From the NCBI GenBank assembly GCA_051294905.1, contig CM119372.1, positions 12,648,001 through 12,712,000 of the forward strand: 64,000 nucleotides of DNA, in the 5' to 3' direction. Shown here one piece after another: positions 1 to 12,500 of the stretch. This stretch comes from Botryllus schlosseri. Taxonomy: Eukaryota. Made by a program: the position numbers and the translations under genes. Every line of letters begins with the position of its first letter. Positions within the stretch are counted from its first letter, which is position 1. The notes under the pieces are model-generated. The model saw only the letters and a program-made list of their open reading frames with translations, searched no databases and was not told the DNA's origin.

Positions 1-547
1 AGACATATCGGCTAAATATCATCCACATTCCGAATCAACCTTTCGTTGCTGCCGTATTAGGGCGCAATGATGACGTGGAAAGCGCGGTGGCCTCTTATAT
101 CAACGAATCCGTATTAGAACGGAAGTGCTGCTTCTTGCGAAGCTGTATTATCCATCTCAAAGCACTGCTACTATTCACATCACCCACAAGCAATCAGAAT
201 CAACCTCTCAGTTGCTGTATTAGAATGATAATGTTGAGAATCAAGACGTAAAAAGAGCGGAAAGAGAAAAAAGCGCTTACAAAAAACAAAAGAAGAACGC
301 ACGTAACGAAACAGCGCCGGCAACACAGTGTGCACAACCACATCCTACTCCGTCGCGCGCAGTCGCATAATCGGTAAGAAGAAAAAACAATGATAAAACC
401 GCCAAAACGCGGACATAATATCAATTCTCAAGAAAAAAAGCAGTTGAAAATCGCTCATATCGTCGAGTATGTGCGCATTGCGCGTGCCCGTAGCCGGCCG
501 TATTGACATTGAACTTTGGCAGGACGGCGGGAGACTCGTTCTATTCG

Positions 548-560
548 TCACGGTATCTCC
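548..560 (-). CDS. ZNF608/ZNF609: ZNF608/609 coding exon 17 (terminal; (R)EIP-stop)
   Basis: Acceptor tttcttttccag|G; completes codon AG+G; TGA at 550-548. Confidence 0.8.
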
Positions 561-3500
561 CTGGAAAAGAAACGGGGACGTTGATCGTTACGTCGCACGC
601 GACGTTACGCTGTATACGTACCTTTTCGGAAACGGAGCCAGGGCGGTCGTCGCTTCGGGCGCTGCCAATACCGCGGGCGCGGCCAACGCTGGAAAGACAG
701 AATCGAGATTTAGTATAGGATGATACGGACTACGGACTACGGACAACGGACAAACGAAAATACGTAAGAAAAGACAGAGAAATAAGTCTGGCTGACCCTA
801 TTCAATTATTGGAAGAGACTGGTTAGAATTGTGAAATTAGTAGCATGCTCTATCAAGGCTCCTAATCTGAAGTTGAATAGCGAATACGCCGCCATCAAAC
901 AATAAGGGTAGGCACAATGATTCGTGTGCTGTACTCGAATCTGAATCGAGTAGGAATTGCTTTGACCCGAGTCAAGTTTTTGAGAGGCTTTATCTCGTGC
1001 ACAAAATTGTACGTTCGTTCCTATCATTAGGGCGTTTTTTACCTAAAAAAGGAAAATTTTGACCGAAAAAATCAAAATTTTGACTTCTTTTGACCTAAAC
1101 AAACTGAATTTTGACCTATCGTACATGCAAATTAGGTGTTTTCCCAAATAATGTCACAATTGTACCACTTATCTACATTTCTGGTTGGAACTGGCTGTCC
1201 TAACGAAGTAGTTTGGCCTGAAAAAACGTTTTTGGCATAGAAACAGGCAACTTTCTACATAAAAAAAACAATGTTTTAACGAAATATGGCCCTATGAAGA
1301 ATTCCAGTGGTTGCAGTACGTATTATGGTGAAAATAATTTAAAAAAATTGTAGTACAACGAGAGATACTTTCCCACATTCTTGGGTAGAAAGTGCATGTC
1401 CTTACTAAGAAACTTGCCAAGGACGTTCAACAGCAGCAGTTGTTGGCTGACAACACTCAAGTTGTGCGAATGTGCGTACACTGCTGAGTGCTGGTGACAC
1501 ACCATGTTGCTTCATTCTGACAATGTTGTCTACATCACAATTTTTCATCATGCGCTTCTCAATATAAGGATGATGCAATGCCCAATAAGTCATTCACAAG
1601 TTTGCACTTACGATATCCGAACTGCGCCGCGTGCGGAGGCGGTATCACGTGAAACCCCTCGTGGATATGGTGATGGGTGTGGTGGTGCCTCTGCATGGGC
1701 GGGTTCCCGTCACTGTCACCCTGCGGTCCCCGACCGCTTTGCGCTTTCGGATCCGGCGTGGTCGATTTTCTGACTTGCGTCGGCGCTATGAAGAGATATC
1801 GTCAGCATGGTTGCCGATGCTGAGAAGGGCGTGTCATTTTTACCACCTTCCGACGGTCGTCTGTCTCCGGATCCGGCGTAAGCTTCTACTTCGGCTGCTC
1901 GCGTAGCGTCACGCGACATCTTGTCGCCTTCGTCGCGAAATGGAGAGCTGCGTGAGAAAGGAGGATACCAGTCACGAACCTGCTCTCTGTCGAGCAAAAA
2001 TGGCTTCGCCGCGTCGGAGGTGGTCAAAGTGGTCAGCGTTGGCGATCCAAGTTTCAGCAAAATTTGCACCACAAATTTCTAATCAATTACAAGTAGACAC
2101 GCCAAAACTTCTTCAAGCGGAAATAGAAAATGAAGGTCTGAAAAGCACTCAACTATGCAGTTTGTCATTTCAAAAGTTGATTTCAAGGACACGTGAAAGC
2201 AGAAGTGAAAAACATAGGTCTCGCAAGTGCTCAAATAGATTCAAAAGTAGATTCACTCGAGGTGTCGCGTTCGATTAGCAATTAATCGGAAGGGGTCTCT
2301 TTCGAAATTGCGAGTCGCATCTTAGTCACAAATTTTATTCCGTTACATTTATACAGGGCTATTTCACACACTATTAATCACAATTTCCCTCATAAAGGTG
2401 ATGCAAACATACCTATAACATTACAGCCAACTTTACAAAATGTTAAGTCTAAAAAGTGTGGTAAAACGGCAAAATACAAATGAAAGCAATCTAAAAACAA
2501 TCACTCGAGTACTTGAATACCCAAACAGAATACAAGTATTTGGAGAAGACTCTTTGAGGTACTTACCGCGCGTCGCTGGAACGCCTGTCTTTCGGTTTGG
2601 CGGAGTGCGCGGTCGACGGCCTGTCCGCAGCGCCAGGCCCGGACACCTCCTGAGGCGGTCCACCTGCCGCCCAAGCTCCCGGGAAGAGGTGCGGCGCCCC
2701 GGGAAACATGTAAGCTGCTGTTATAAATGGAAATGTGTCGAAACGAGTTGGCAGTGTTTACGGCATATCTACCGCGACATACCGGGAAAGTACGGCGCTA
2801 TCCTCGGGTCCAGCAGAGGCGAGTATCCGGGATAATACGGCAATCCGGGCCTGTTTCCAGGCAACTGCATCGGCATGTTCGGGGACGGGTACAAGGGAGG
2901 CGGCGGACCGGAAGACTTCTGCGAAACAATGCGGACCGAGTGTTACATTACGATTTCAGTCCTTGTGGTCGCGGCCCGATTTCCGATTTCAAATCGCGCT
3001 GCCACCCCCCCTCAAAATTTGGTAAGATGATTTGATTACCAAAAATAATACTGCCACCCTATATGGGAAGCTGATGAAAAAAAGTAATAAGAAACTAAAC
3101 CCAAACCTACACAACCCCAATTTGGGAAGCTGATTATTAAAAAATAAAAGGTCAGCACCTCCGGTCGGACCTACTCACGGCCTATTTGGGAAGCTGATCA
3201 CTAAAAAATAAAATAAACAAATAAATAAAAGGTCAGCACCTTCGCCCAGACCTACTCGGGAATCTGATGCTAAAAATTATTGAAAAATAAATATATAAAG
3301 GTCAGCTTTTTCGCCCATATCTACTCATGGCAAACAGACCTAGGTTGATAACCACCGTATCAAATGTATATCATATGCCGGTCCTACCTTATCCGGGCTG
3401 CGCATCCCCGGTTCCGGATACGCATCCTTGGCTTGCAGCTTCCGGCCTGCGGCCGCCGTCGGTGTCCGGGCTGTCTGCGGGCGCCTGTCCCCGCCGCTCG

Positions 3501-6500
3501 GCTCCTGCCGGTGAAACCTTTCTGCTTCGGAACTGGGCCGGGGCGGTCGCTTCCCAGGGTGAGAGGTGGGCGGGGTTGCGCGCGGGGCTCCGTGTCCGCT
3601 GGCCATTCGGTTTGGCGCGGAATCGGAAGGCGCCGGTGACGCCCGTGGGGTCCCCCCCCTCTGCGCGTTGTGAAGGGTTCTTTGCGGGGGTGGCTGAAAG
3701 CAGAATTGTCTTTTAAAACGGAAGCATTAGCGACAGGTGTAGGTGGGTTAGTAGCTAAGTACTTCTCCATCAAGTAGACATGCATGCTTTTAGCTGTTCG
3801 GCAGAGGTGGCTCAGTAACACAATAATTCTGCTTTTTCCGAGAATCCGAGTGAGTTAAGAACCCTACTTGCACGACTGGTTATGTTTTTATAATACATCC
3901 ACCCGCAAACTCGCACTAATTATTCAGAGGTTTAGACTACTTCATATTTCCACTTCTGCATAACGGTTTTTCAGCAGAACCAGCAAACTTGTGCCGACTT
4001 TGCGACCGTGCCATGGTAGCTGATGTATTCTTCCAACATTGCCACAAACCCTCGAACCAATCCCCTTTTGGCAGCTATTCACTTGAGTATATTTCGAACC
4101 TTCCTTTTCAACTCCCATTCAAGTAGTTTCGAGACGTTAGTTCTACTTCTACACGAGCACCAACGATATTTACTTTGACCATCTCAGTTGTTTACCCACC
4201 TGAGACAGGTATGGGGAGGGAAAACGATGCTGTCCCCGCGAGGGCGATTCCCGGCTTTTACGCGCTTCCGCGGCCGGTGAACCAGTCCCGCTCCGCTTTA
4301 CACTGTCCGCGGGACTTGGTGTGGCCCGGGTGACCTTCAAACTGGCTTCATTCTGGTCTCTCGAGATCTGCTCCTTCCGGTATTCTTGCGTGATCACGTT
4401 TTCGAAAAACTCTCTGAAAATTTGACAATAGCGTCAACGCGACTCAAAAACAGACGGTCACACGCGAGACACTTACGTGAGTTGCGGGTGATGCATAAAC
4501 TCTGCCTGATACGGGTCGCTGAGGAGGTGATGAGGAAACTGGGGGTGCACGGGGCGCTGTACAGGACCCCCTCTCTTCTGCTCAGCATGTGATTCTGCAC
4601 TGGGCCTACGGCCGCCGGCGAGCGCGTGGGCGATCGCCTCTTTATTGGGAGGCATTCCGGGCGGGGCCTGACCGTGTGGGGTTTGACCCTTGCCCGGCCA
4701 GCTCGGCCTGGTAGCTGGGTGGCCGACCGGGGTGCCGCTGCGACTACCTGGGACCGAATGTGAATCGTGACGCGCGTGCGGGTTTTTCGGGCGGGCATCC
4801 GCTCTGTCGTCCGTAAAGTGACCCGGGTGACCGGGTTGGTGAGAAGGCCGGCTGTGTTGGGCATGGTTCGGAGGCGCTCGCGATGGCGGTATCTTGCCAC
4901 TTTGACCGCTCGGCATGGTAGATTGCGTTGCCGGGTCATGTGGCCCAGTCTGCCCCGGTGCTTTTGTCCTTGCCTGACCTGGTAAAGGGTGACCTTGCGG
5001 ACAGTCCGGAGCCCGTGACGTCACCGGCGAGTTCATTTCCGGCTTACCATCGCCGTCCCTCTGCATTATTTGCTGGGCAGGCATTAAATAAGGCCGGCCC
5101 TCCCCATCACGATTACCCCTTCCTTGCGAAAAAATGGCACTGGCCGGGACTTGAGACCGTTCCTGTTTGACACGGTGCCGGTCCTGACTTGAGCCGGGCA
5201 GGGATTTTCCAGGCACCTCCGCAGGCGGTTTGCCCGGGCAGCTGTCCGGCCGCTGTTTCTTACGTTTCTGCTTTTTAGAGGGATTCGCGGCATTATTTGG
5301 GGCCTGGACATTGTCATGGCGATGCTGCAAAGACGCAGAAACGTTCTGCTGCGGGTCGGTGGGTATCGGAACAGTTTTCCCCTTCACTATCTTCAACCCG
5401 GGATTGGGGTTGCCATGACCCGCCCGTTCTTGAGGGGTTGTGCCCCCTGCGACCGCACCGTGCTGGTAGTTCACATTCACAAACTGCCCGTTTCCGTACT
5501 GGTTGCGAGGCGACGATACCCGCACCGTCATTCTGGGCAGGGGCGCACCGTCCTTGGAATGGGGTCGGTACTGAGGGTGACCCGTGTCGTGGTTGGATTG
5601 CTTAGGGGGTGACGGCCCCCGTTGGAATGTGTCGTCGGAAGTATGAGAGTAGTGCACTCCGGACGAGGTCGCAGACGGGGCATCTTTCGGAGCCTGTGGC
5701 GGGGCAGTCCGCGGCGGCTGGCTGTACTGCGTCAGTCCAGGCAGTTGGTCCTGCAAGACGAGCAAATTGATTGTAGGAAAAAGACAGCGTGAGCTAACCT
5801 AATTCGCAGTACGCTAGCAGCATAAATCATGGGTGTGCAACTGTCTAAACAAGTGAGCTAGATAGAAATTATGTGGTGAAACCCTGGGCCACTTTCCTAA
5901 TAGGTCAAGTCCGACTACCTGTTGAAGAATTGTGACGGTGACGACGAGAATATCATTAAAATATTGGACATACTGGATATTGGACTACACATAGCAATTG
6001 TGAATTCCTAAAGGCATGGGATACATTTGTCAAATATATTCAAGTCACCATATTCATATGTGATTTTAGTGTTTCAACCCTTCTCACTGCCTAATGGAGT
6101 ATAGCTCAAACGACGCCAAACCCAATTAATGGGCAGCTCCCCACTGAAAATATGCATCTCTTTGCGGGCTGCGAAATATTTGTGTCTGTGTGCAAATCGT
6201 TGCGAATCGGATGCAGGAGAACAGATGAAAATACGGAAATCCGACCCGCACCAACTTCTCCCGTCATACGAGAACAACAGCGACATTAAGGACATGAAGT
6301 GAGGGGAAATGGCTGAGGGTCGTCATGATTTGGATAAATCGTAATCAAACTTGAAAAATGTCGGGTGCTACATAACTGAAATTCCAAGCATGAGAGTATC
6401 ATCAAAGTACAACAGCAGCTCGGAATAGTACAGCACGATTCCTACAACGTAAACCCAAGTCTTGTGGGTAAAAACTCATTCCTTACGTGGCTGTTCTCTT

Positions 6501-9500
6501 GAAGTTGCAGCAACGTCTCTACGGCCTGTGCACTCTCGTTGTCTACGGCGTTGGTATGCTCCGTTGACGTAACGTGACCACCGGGCAGACTCTGCGCGTC
6601 GCCTGAAAATAAGCAAGGTTTAAAATTTGCATGCGTGTTTGCAGTTTCACATCAGGTGCTTACCGTAAGACCTGGAATGTTGATAACCACGAGCCGCCAG
6701 TTTGCTCGCAGTGTGTGTTTTTAGGCTGATGGACTCGCTAGTCTGCGAATCGGTGAGCGCGTACGGCGAGTGTTCGCGCGTCTCCCTGTCCGAATTCGGC
6801 GACCTAGGCCTGGTTCTGTATTCACCCGAGGGTCTGTATTCACCCGAGGGTCTGGCTTCGTCTTTAGCCTTCGGAAACGCGGACTCAGCGGCCACGAGAT
6901 TACTAACCGCTCCCGGCGCGCAAAACGGCGCGTATTTATCAGCAATCTCAGATGCGGTTGTAATAGTAGTCGGGGGTTGCGCAACCACAAACGGGGCCCG
7001 CGCCGCCGTGTCGGTTTCCATAGGTTTCACGCCGTCCGCGCATTTCGCCGCATCGCCCGGTTCCGGCAAACTTTCGTCGTTTTCATCACTTTTCGGCGAA
7101 CCCGCGGCGGCCGGAGACGCCGCCGCTCGCGTGTTCTTTTCCGCCGCCTTTTCGGCGTCGCCCTTGTGCGCGTACGCCTCGTGGTATTTGAGCGCGGTCT
7201 CGTCGCTGTGAAGGAAGACGATATCGAGTTTGCTTTATAAACACAATATATTTTATTGACGTCGCGCGGCGCGCGCTTCAAAGGCGCACGGCTTTTTGCG
7301 ATTGATCTCGCGCGAGTAGAGGCCGGGAAACGCGAATCGGATGTCGACGTGTGAATGCGTTGTCGCGAACGCGGACTAGCACGCACCCATCAGGATGAAT
7401 TGAATAATATATTCATAGCGAAATAAACCCGGAACATTTTCGGCCGATACTTGTCAGGCGTAATCGTCAGCAACTAGTAGGGAATTTGAAAAGAACATTG
7501 TATATCAACAATCGTATCACCAAATATGACGTCACCAGCATGAAATGTCGAAAAACAGCTTAAGCTCAATGTACTATCTTTAGATGATGGAAGAACTCCT
7601 GTTCGCACACACGGTGTTGGCATATTTTGAAAGTCGACATCAAGTCACACAAATGAAAGTGTGAACCTCGGGAATATAAGCGTCAAAGGTTAACTTGTCA
7701 AGCCGTACGTTAACCTGTAGGTAACACTTCGGCGATTTCACCGTCGATAGCATTCTATTTGAGGATTCAATCACTACCGAGGCTATCTCAAGAAAGTCGA
7801 TTAATTTCCAGCAAATCAGCGTCATGGTGAAGTGACAGAGCTAGCCACCGTAAATTGCATTGTTTTATAAAATGGTCAAATTTCAATTTTGCACCGCTAC
7901 TAACGGTCGACATCGAGTTAAATAGGGTGTGCCTAGGGCTGTTCAAAAATAACTTTTTTTTCCTGATTCCAGCCATTCACTGATTAAATTGTCAGGTTGC
8001 CACAACAAAGGCTGCACACCAAATTTGGTTCAATTCGAACATGTCTAAGCGTCCGCAGAGCCAATTAAAATTTTTAATTTACTACGTAAAATTAAAAAAA
8101 AAAATTTCAAATTTTTCTCTTAACCCCATGAAAATGTTGAGATGTCTTCAAAGACCATGCAAATGAAATTTGAGTCAATTCCAACCAGTAGAAACGGAGT
8201 TATTTGAGTTTTTCGTTGATAATTCTCGGATTATCCACCAATCAAGGATAATTGGAGAATTATCAACGAAAAACTCCAATAACTCCACTTCTACTAGTCC
8301 GAATTGAGTCAAATTTTATTTGCATCGTCTCTGAAGACAGCTCAACAATTTCATGGGGTTGACAGAAAAATTTGAAAATTTTTTTTTTTCAATTTTCCTG
8401 TATAAATTAAAAATTTTAATTGGATCCGCGGAGCCCTATACTTGTTAGAATTGAACCAAATTTGGTGTGCAGCGTTTTTTAAGGTAACCTGACGATTTAA
8501 TCGGTGAACGGCTGGAATCCGGAAAAAAAAGTTATTTTTGAACAGCCCTATGTGCAGCGGTTTTTCGGAAAGCTAACAATAAGCTCATGGCAACTCTCGG
8601 AACCAGCGCCGCGAGTCCGTTACTAGACGAGCAAGGCAAAAGAGAGTGAGTTGTAATTCCGAGCCGACAATAGCGGGAATACAAAATCGATACGCCAAGC
8701 ACGCAAATAAATCAACACACACCTGTATCGCTTCTTGCAGTTCACAAAGGAGCATTCCACGAAGACCGGCGACGAACACGCGGACGAACCGCTACCCGAC
8801 GTACCTGCGACACAAGAACAGACTCTGACACCTCTACCACAACCGAGCGAAGTTTCGTGTAAACAGGCGCGCTCTGTGTATATGTACACACGGCAATTAA
8901 CGGGTTACTACTAGAACCTTAGAAACAACAAGTGTCGATGTCAAAACGCGATCGGACTTCGCGAACCCAATAGCTATGAATGGCAAACGCCCGATGACGC
9001 ACTACGAGATATTCGACAATGCCAAACGTTTCTACACGCTCACGGTAAAATCAGTTCCTAAATTCGAGAGTCAGATCGCTAACACTTCTGGCGATCTGTG
9101 ACCGCACACGGTCTGCATTGTGGGCGCACAATGACATATCGGCGGCAACGTTCAGTTTCGGAAGTGCAGCAGCTCAGCTCTAGTGAGGTAATTTGTGTTG
9201 TTATAACCAAGAAACTTTGAAACGGAATCATGAAATCTTATTCGATCAAGATTTCTATCACGTTTGCTTATTTCTCGCGGCAGTCGCTGGCACACGCGAA
9301 AGCTTAAATCGACTATTTAAGAAACTGGCCAGCGTGCCATAACAAAACCAATCGATGCTCATTGCTCCCGTATGACGTAATAACCACGTCGTCCGTAGCG
9401 AACAACGCAGCGCGTTATCCTGTTCGCGAGGCATCACTCTCACGTCTCAAAGCATCACGGCGGGCCAACTACATAATACCACACCGTATTACCGACGCGG

Positions 9501-12500
9501 TGTCGCATAATAACGGGCTGCCGACCAGCAAGGTTCGATGAGCGCGCAGCGCGCTAAGCTCGTAATGAAAACCGGGCTACACCGGTGGCACATGAGGTAA
9601 TTCACGGCTGAGAAAACATCCCCGTAGAAATTTATCGCCCTCACTACTTAAACACACAATAACCCCACGCAAAAACACTCGTAAATCTCGCGCACTTCAA
9701 AGTAGTATCGATGGCGAGACGCGTCTAACCGACCGTGTAACGCACATAGCATTAATCGACGCTGAAATGAGATCACGATGTACATCACAAAGTGACTATT
9801 CACAAAATGCATATACCAAACAAATAATTAAATGATACATTAATATTGACCTGAACCCGAATATTTTCGGGTTAGACACTTCAGAGGTAATCGACAGCAA
9901 GTAATAGAGATTTATTAGTACATGACTTTGTATATACGACTTTTAGTGCACAAGGTTAGTTTAAAATATCTACTAGTTGTTGACGATTACCCTTGACGGT
10001 TCTTATATGCAATATCTCTGCATAACGGTGCTATTATACATAACGTGTAACTGACGGTGATCGGTGCGCCGCGCGCGCTACCCGCTTACTCAAACCCGAC
10101 CTCGTTAATCGCCAATCCTACGCTCACAAATATTCGCAGCGAATCAAATTAATCATCATCCATACCGATACCGCACGACGCGAAATTAGGTTGTGTACTC
10201 ACGACATAGACGGTTAATCAGATTGTCTCCGCTCGTCGAGTAGAGCAAATAACGGCGGAACAGCTCTTTCGCGGTGGTATAAACAACTTAAATCCACATT
10301 ACCGAACGGCCAAACAAACCCGACGGGCAGAGAGGCATCGCCGTCGACCAAATGAAATATTGATACCGAAAAGATATCGGGGGCGCTTCTCCGCTACCAA
10401 CGTTGATTTATGCGTAGCGCTGTATTTTGGCGTTCGTACAACGGCAAGTCACTGAACTGGAATTGTAAGCTCGGTAGGAATGCACGCACCAGACCGACCT
10501 ACCAAATCAGCGATTTCTCGCCGATGAGCAACAGTGCCTACGCAGCTATTAGCGCTCTGATCGCGCACTAATTGTCGGCGCACCTTCGAAATGGCTGCGA
10601 TACGAAGAGATTACGGTTTATTAGCATCCGGTTCGACGAAACTGCGATCCAGATAGGGATTTGACGATTAGGATCGGATGGTGAATAGGTTACATTTTAT
10701 GAAGACACGACTATAGCAGTTTAGACCAGCGGTTCTCAACCGCCAAATCTAATTCACATTACACATATATTGCTAAATCTAAGAGGTTGAAGGCCAATTA
10801 CTTCTAGAAATGAAACACAAAATTCTATACTAATTTAGGAATTCGGAACGTAATTTAGAACGCTTTCTGACGTGATACGGAGTTCATGGTCGACTTCCCA
10901 ATCATCCCACGTCTCGATGCTGTGAGTGTTCTACCTGTTTAAAGAAGCCTACAAAGCTCGCCTAAGACTCGGTAATATGCGAACGCTAAAAGAACTTTTT
11001 GAACAAAACCTTAAGAAATCCCACAGTGCAATGTAGCGACGTTCGACCGTATAACAAAATCTAAGCAAGCGGCAAAGTGGCGTTTCTTTCATACTAAACC
11101 CGACAATTGATATCGACTTGACGTTTTCAACAGGATTTTGCCTCGCAGAAAGTGTAACGCACAGTAGGAGCAGTATGAAAACGACAATCCAATCATTAAA
11201 TCAAAAAGTTCCAATACTTTGTTTAGAGTTGCGTACTGATTTTTCAAAGTTCACCGGTACGCAAAATCTGTTTTGAAATTTCACCGACCCAACAGCCAAA
11301 AAGGTCGAGAACCACAGATTTACACAAAATCCAAAACGCCCCGGCTGCGGTGTTGAACAGGCGAGCGTATGCAGGCAGAAAATCCGATCCAAACACAAGC
11401 TCGTCACCGCGCACCGACAACGGCGTGAAACACAACGCGCCAGAACCCGTGACATGTCGAGTAATTTCACGGGACGAGTGAAAAAAAGAGCGTCGGCGTA
11501 TTGACATACCATCGCCCGATGACTCTTTGACGGCGCTCGTCGTGTTGACAGCCCTTTGAACGCTCTGTTTGCCGGCAGCTGTTCTAGCCAGGCGAGCTCT
11601 CTTCGCGGACTTGCTCGGCGTGCCGCAAATATCGCCGTCGTTGCCCGAGCAGGCGTCCGACTCGGAGATCTGGAAAAATCGGAACGAGGTGAGAAAGGGA
11701 TTGTGGTTTATCCGGCGGAATTGCGCAAACGGGGCTGTTTCAGACATACTACGTACCTGATTGCCCGCACGGATCACTACACAAGGCAAAACCTACTTGA
11801 GTACTCCTAAATAGCTAGACGTACTTCATTACTGACTAACTCTGACCGCCGGGCGGGATACCGGGCGTATTTTTGCTCGGCTACCCGCGACATACGGATC
11901 CAACGCCGGAGTAAACAAAACCCTCGCGTCTTGAGGAGAAACTAAACAGACGGAAGCTCCGCAATTAAATCGCGTTACGCGCATTCGGATACGCATTACG
12001 GGGTTTCAGATACGCATCAGGGATAAACAATGACAGCTCAAATTCTGTTACTAATCGACGCCCGTTTACACGAGAAATACGGCTACAAGGCAGCGGCGAT
12101 GTGAAGTATTTATGCCCTGTGTACGCTTTCGGCGGTCACTAAATCAAATGCCGTAAATTCCGGGCGGGTACACAGCGCATTATCACGGAACGGTCGGATC
12201 ATCAATCATTACCATTGGGTAAGCGAACAACGACCATATACACGTCACAGTTAAACATGGACACGAAATCAATAAGGCAGTGTCAGCCAGGCGTAGGTAG
12301 TATTGTAAACATAGGCCGACACAAGATATCATCGTTGGTTCAGAAAAAGAAATAACGTCCTAAATATCTACACAAGTACATGAGCGTGTCCCAGGTAAGT
12401 AAAAAGTTAGAGTTCTCGGCCTCATTTGTCCAAAGAAAACTGTTGATTGTCAAGTAGAAGCTAGAGTAGCATAAAATCCTAACCACATAAGTAGTGAAGC

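Noticed and set aside
1790-1832. [10 protein letters not shown] reading resembling ZNF608 ALDLLQQHAN
   Set aside because: That frame ends in TAG and falls inside a well-defined ~60-nt intron; phases only close if it is spliced out.
6300-6445. Extra exon after ttgtag at ~6443 in intron 5751-6486
   Set aside because: Phase-0 use runs into a stop, and exon 8 joins exon 9 in frame without it.
6702-7240. Plus-strand 156-169-aa ORFs (and similar ones at 33340-34306, 14673-14972, 4767-5612, 2440-3035, 48335-48742, 50920-51327)
   Set aside because: Antisense shadows of GC-rich coding exons or of the PLE ORF, with no recognisable motifs.
7752-7762. ATTCTATTTGA resembling the ascidian spliced-leader sequence
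   Set aside because: Only 11 of 16 nt match, with no following donor or Sm site.
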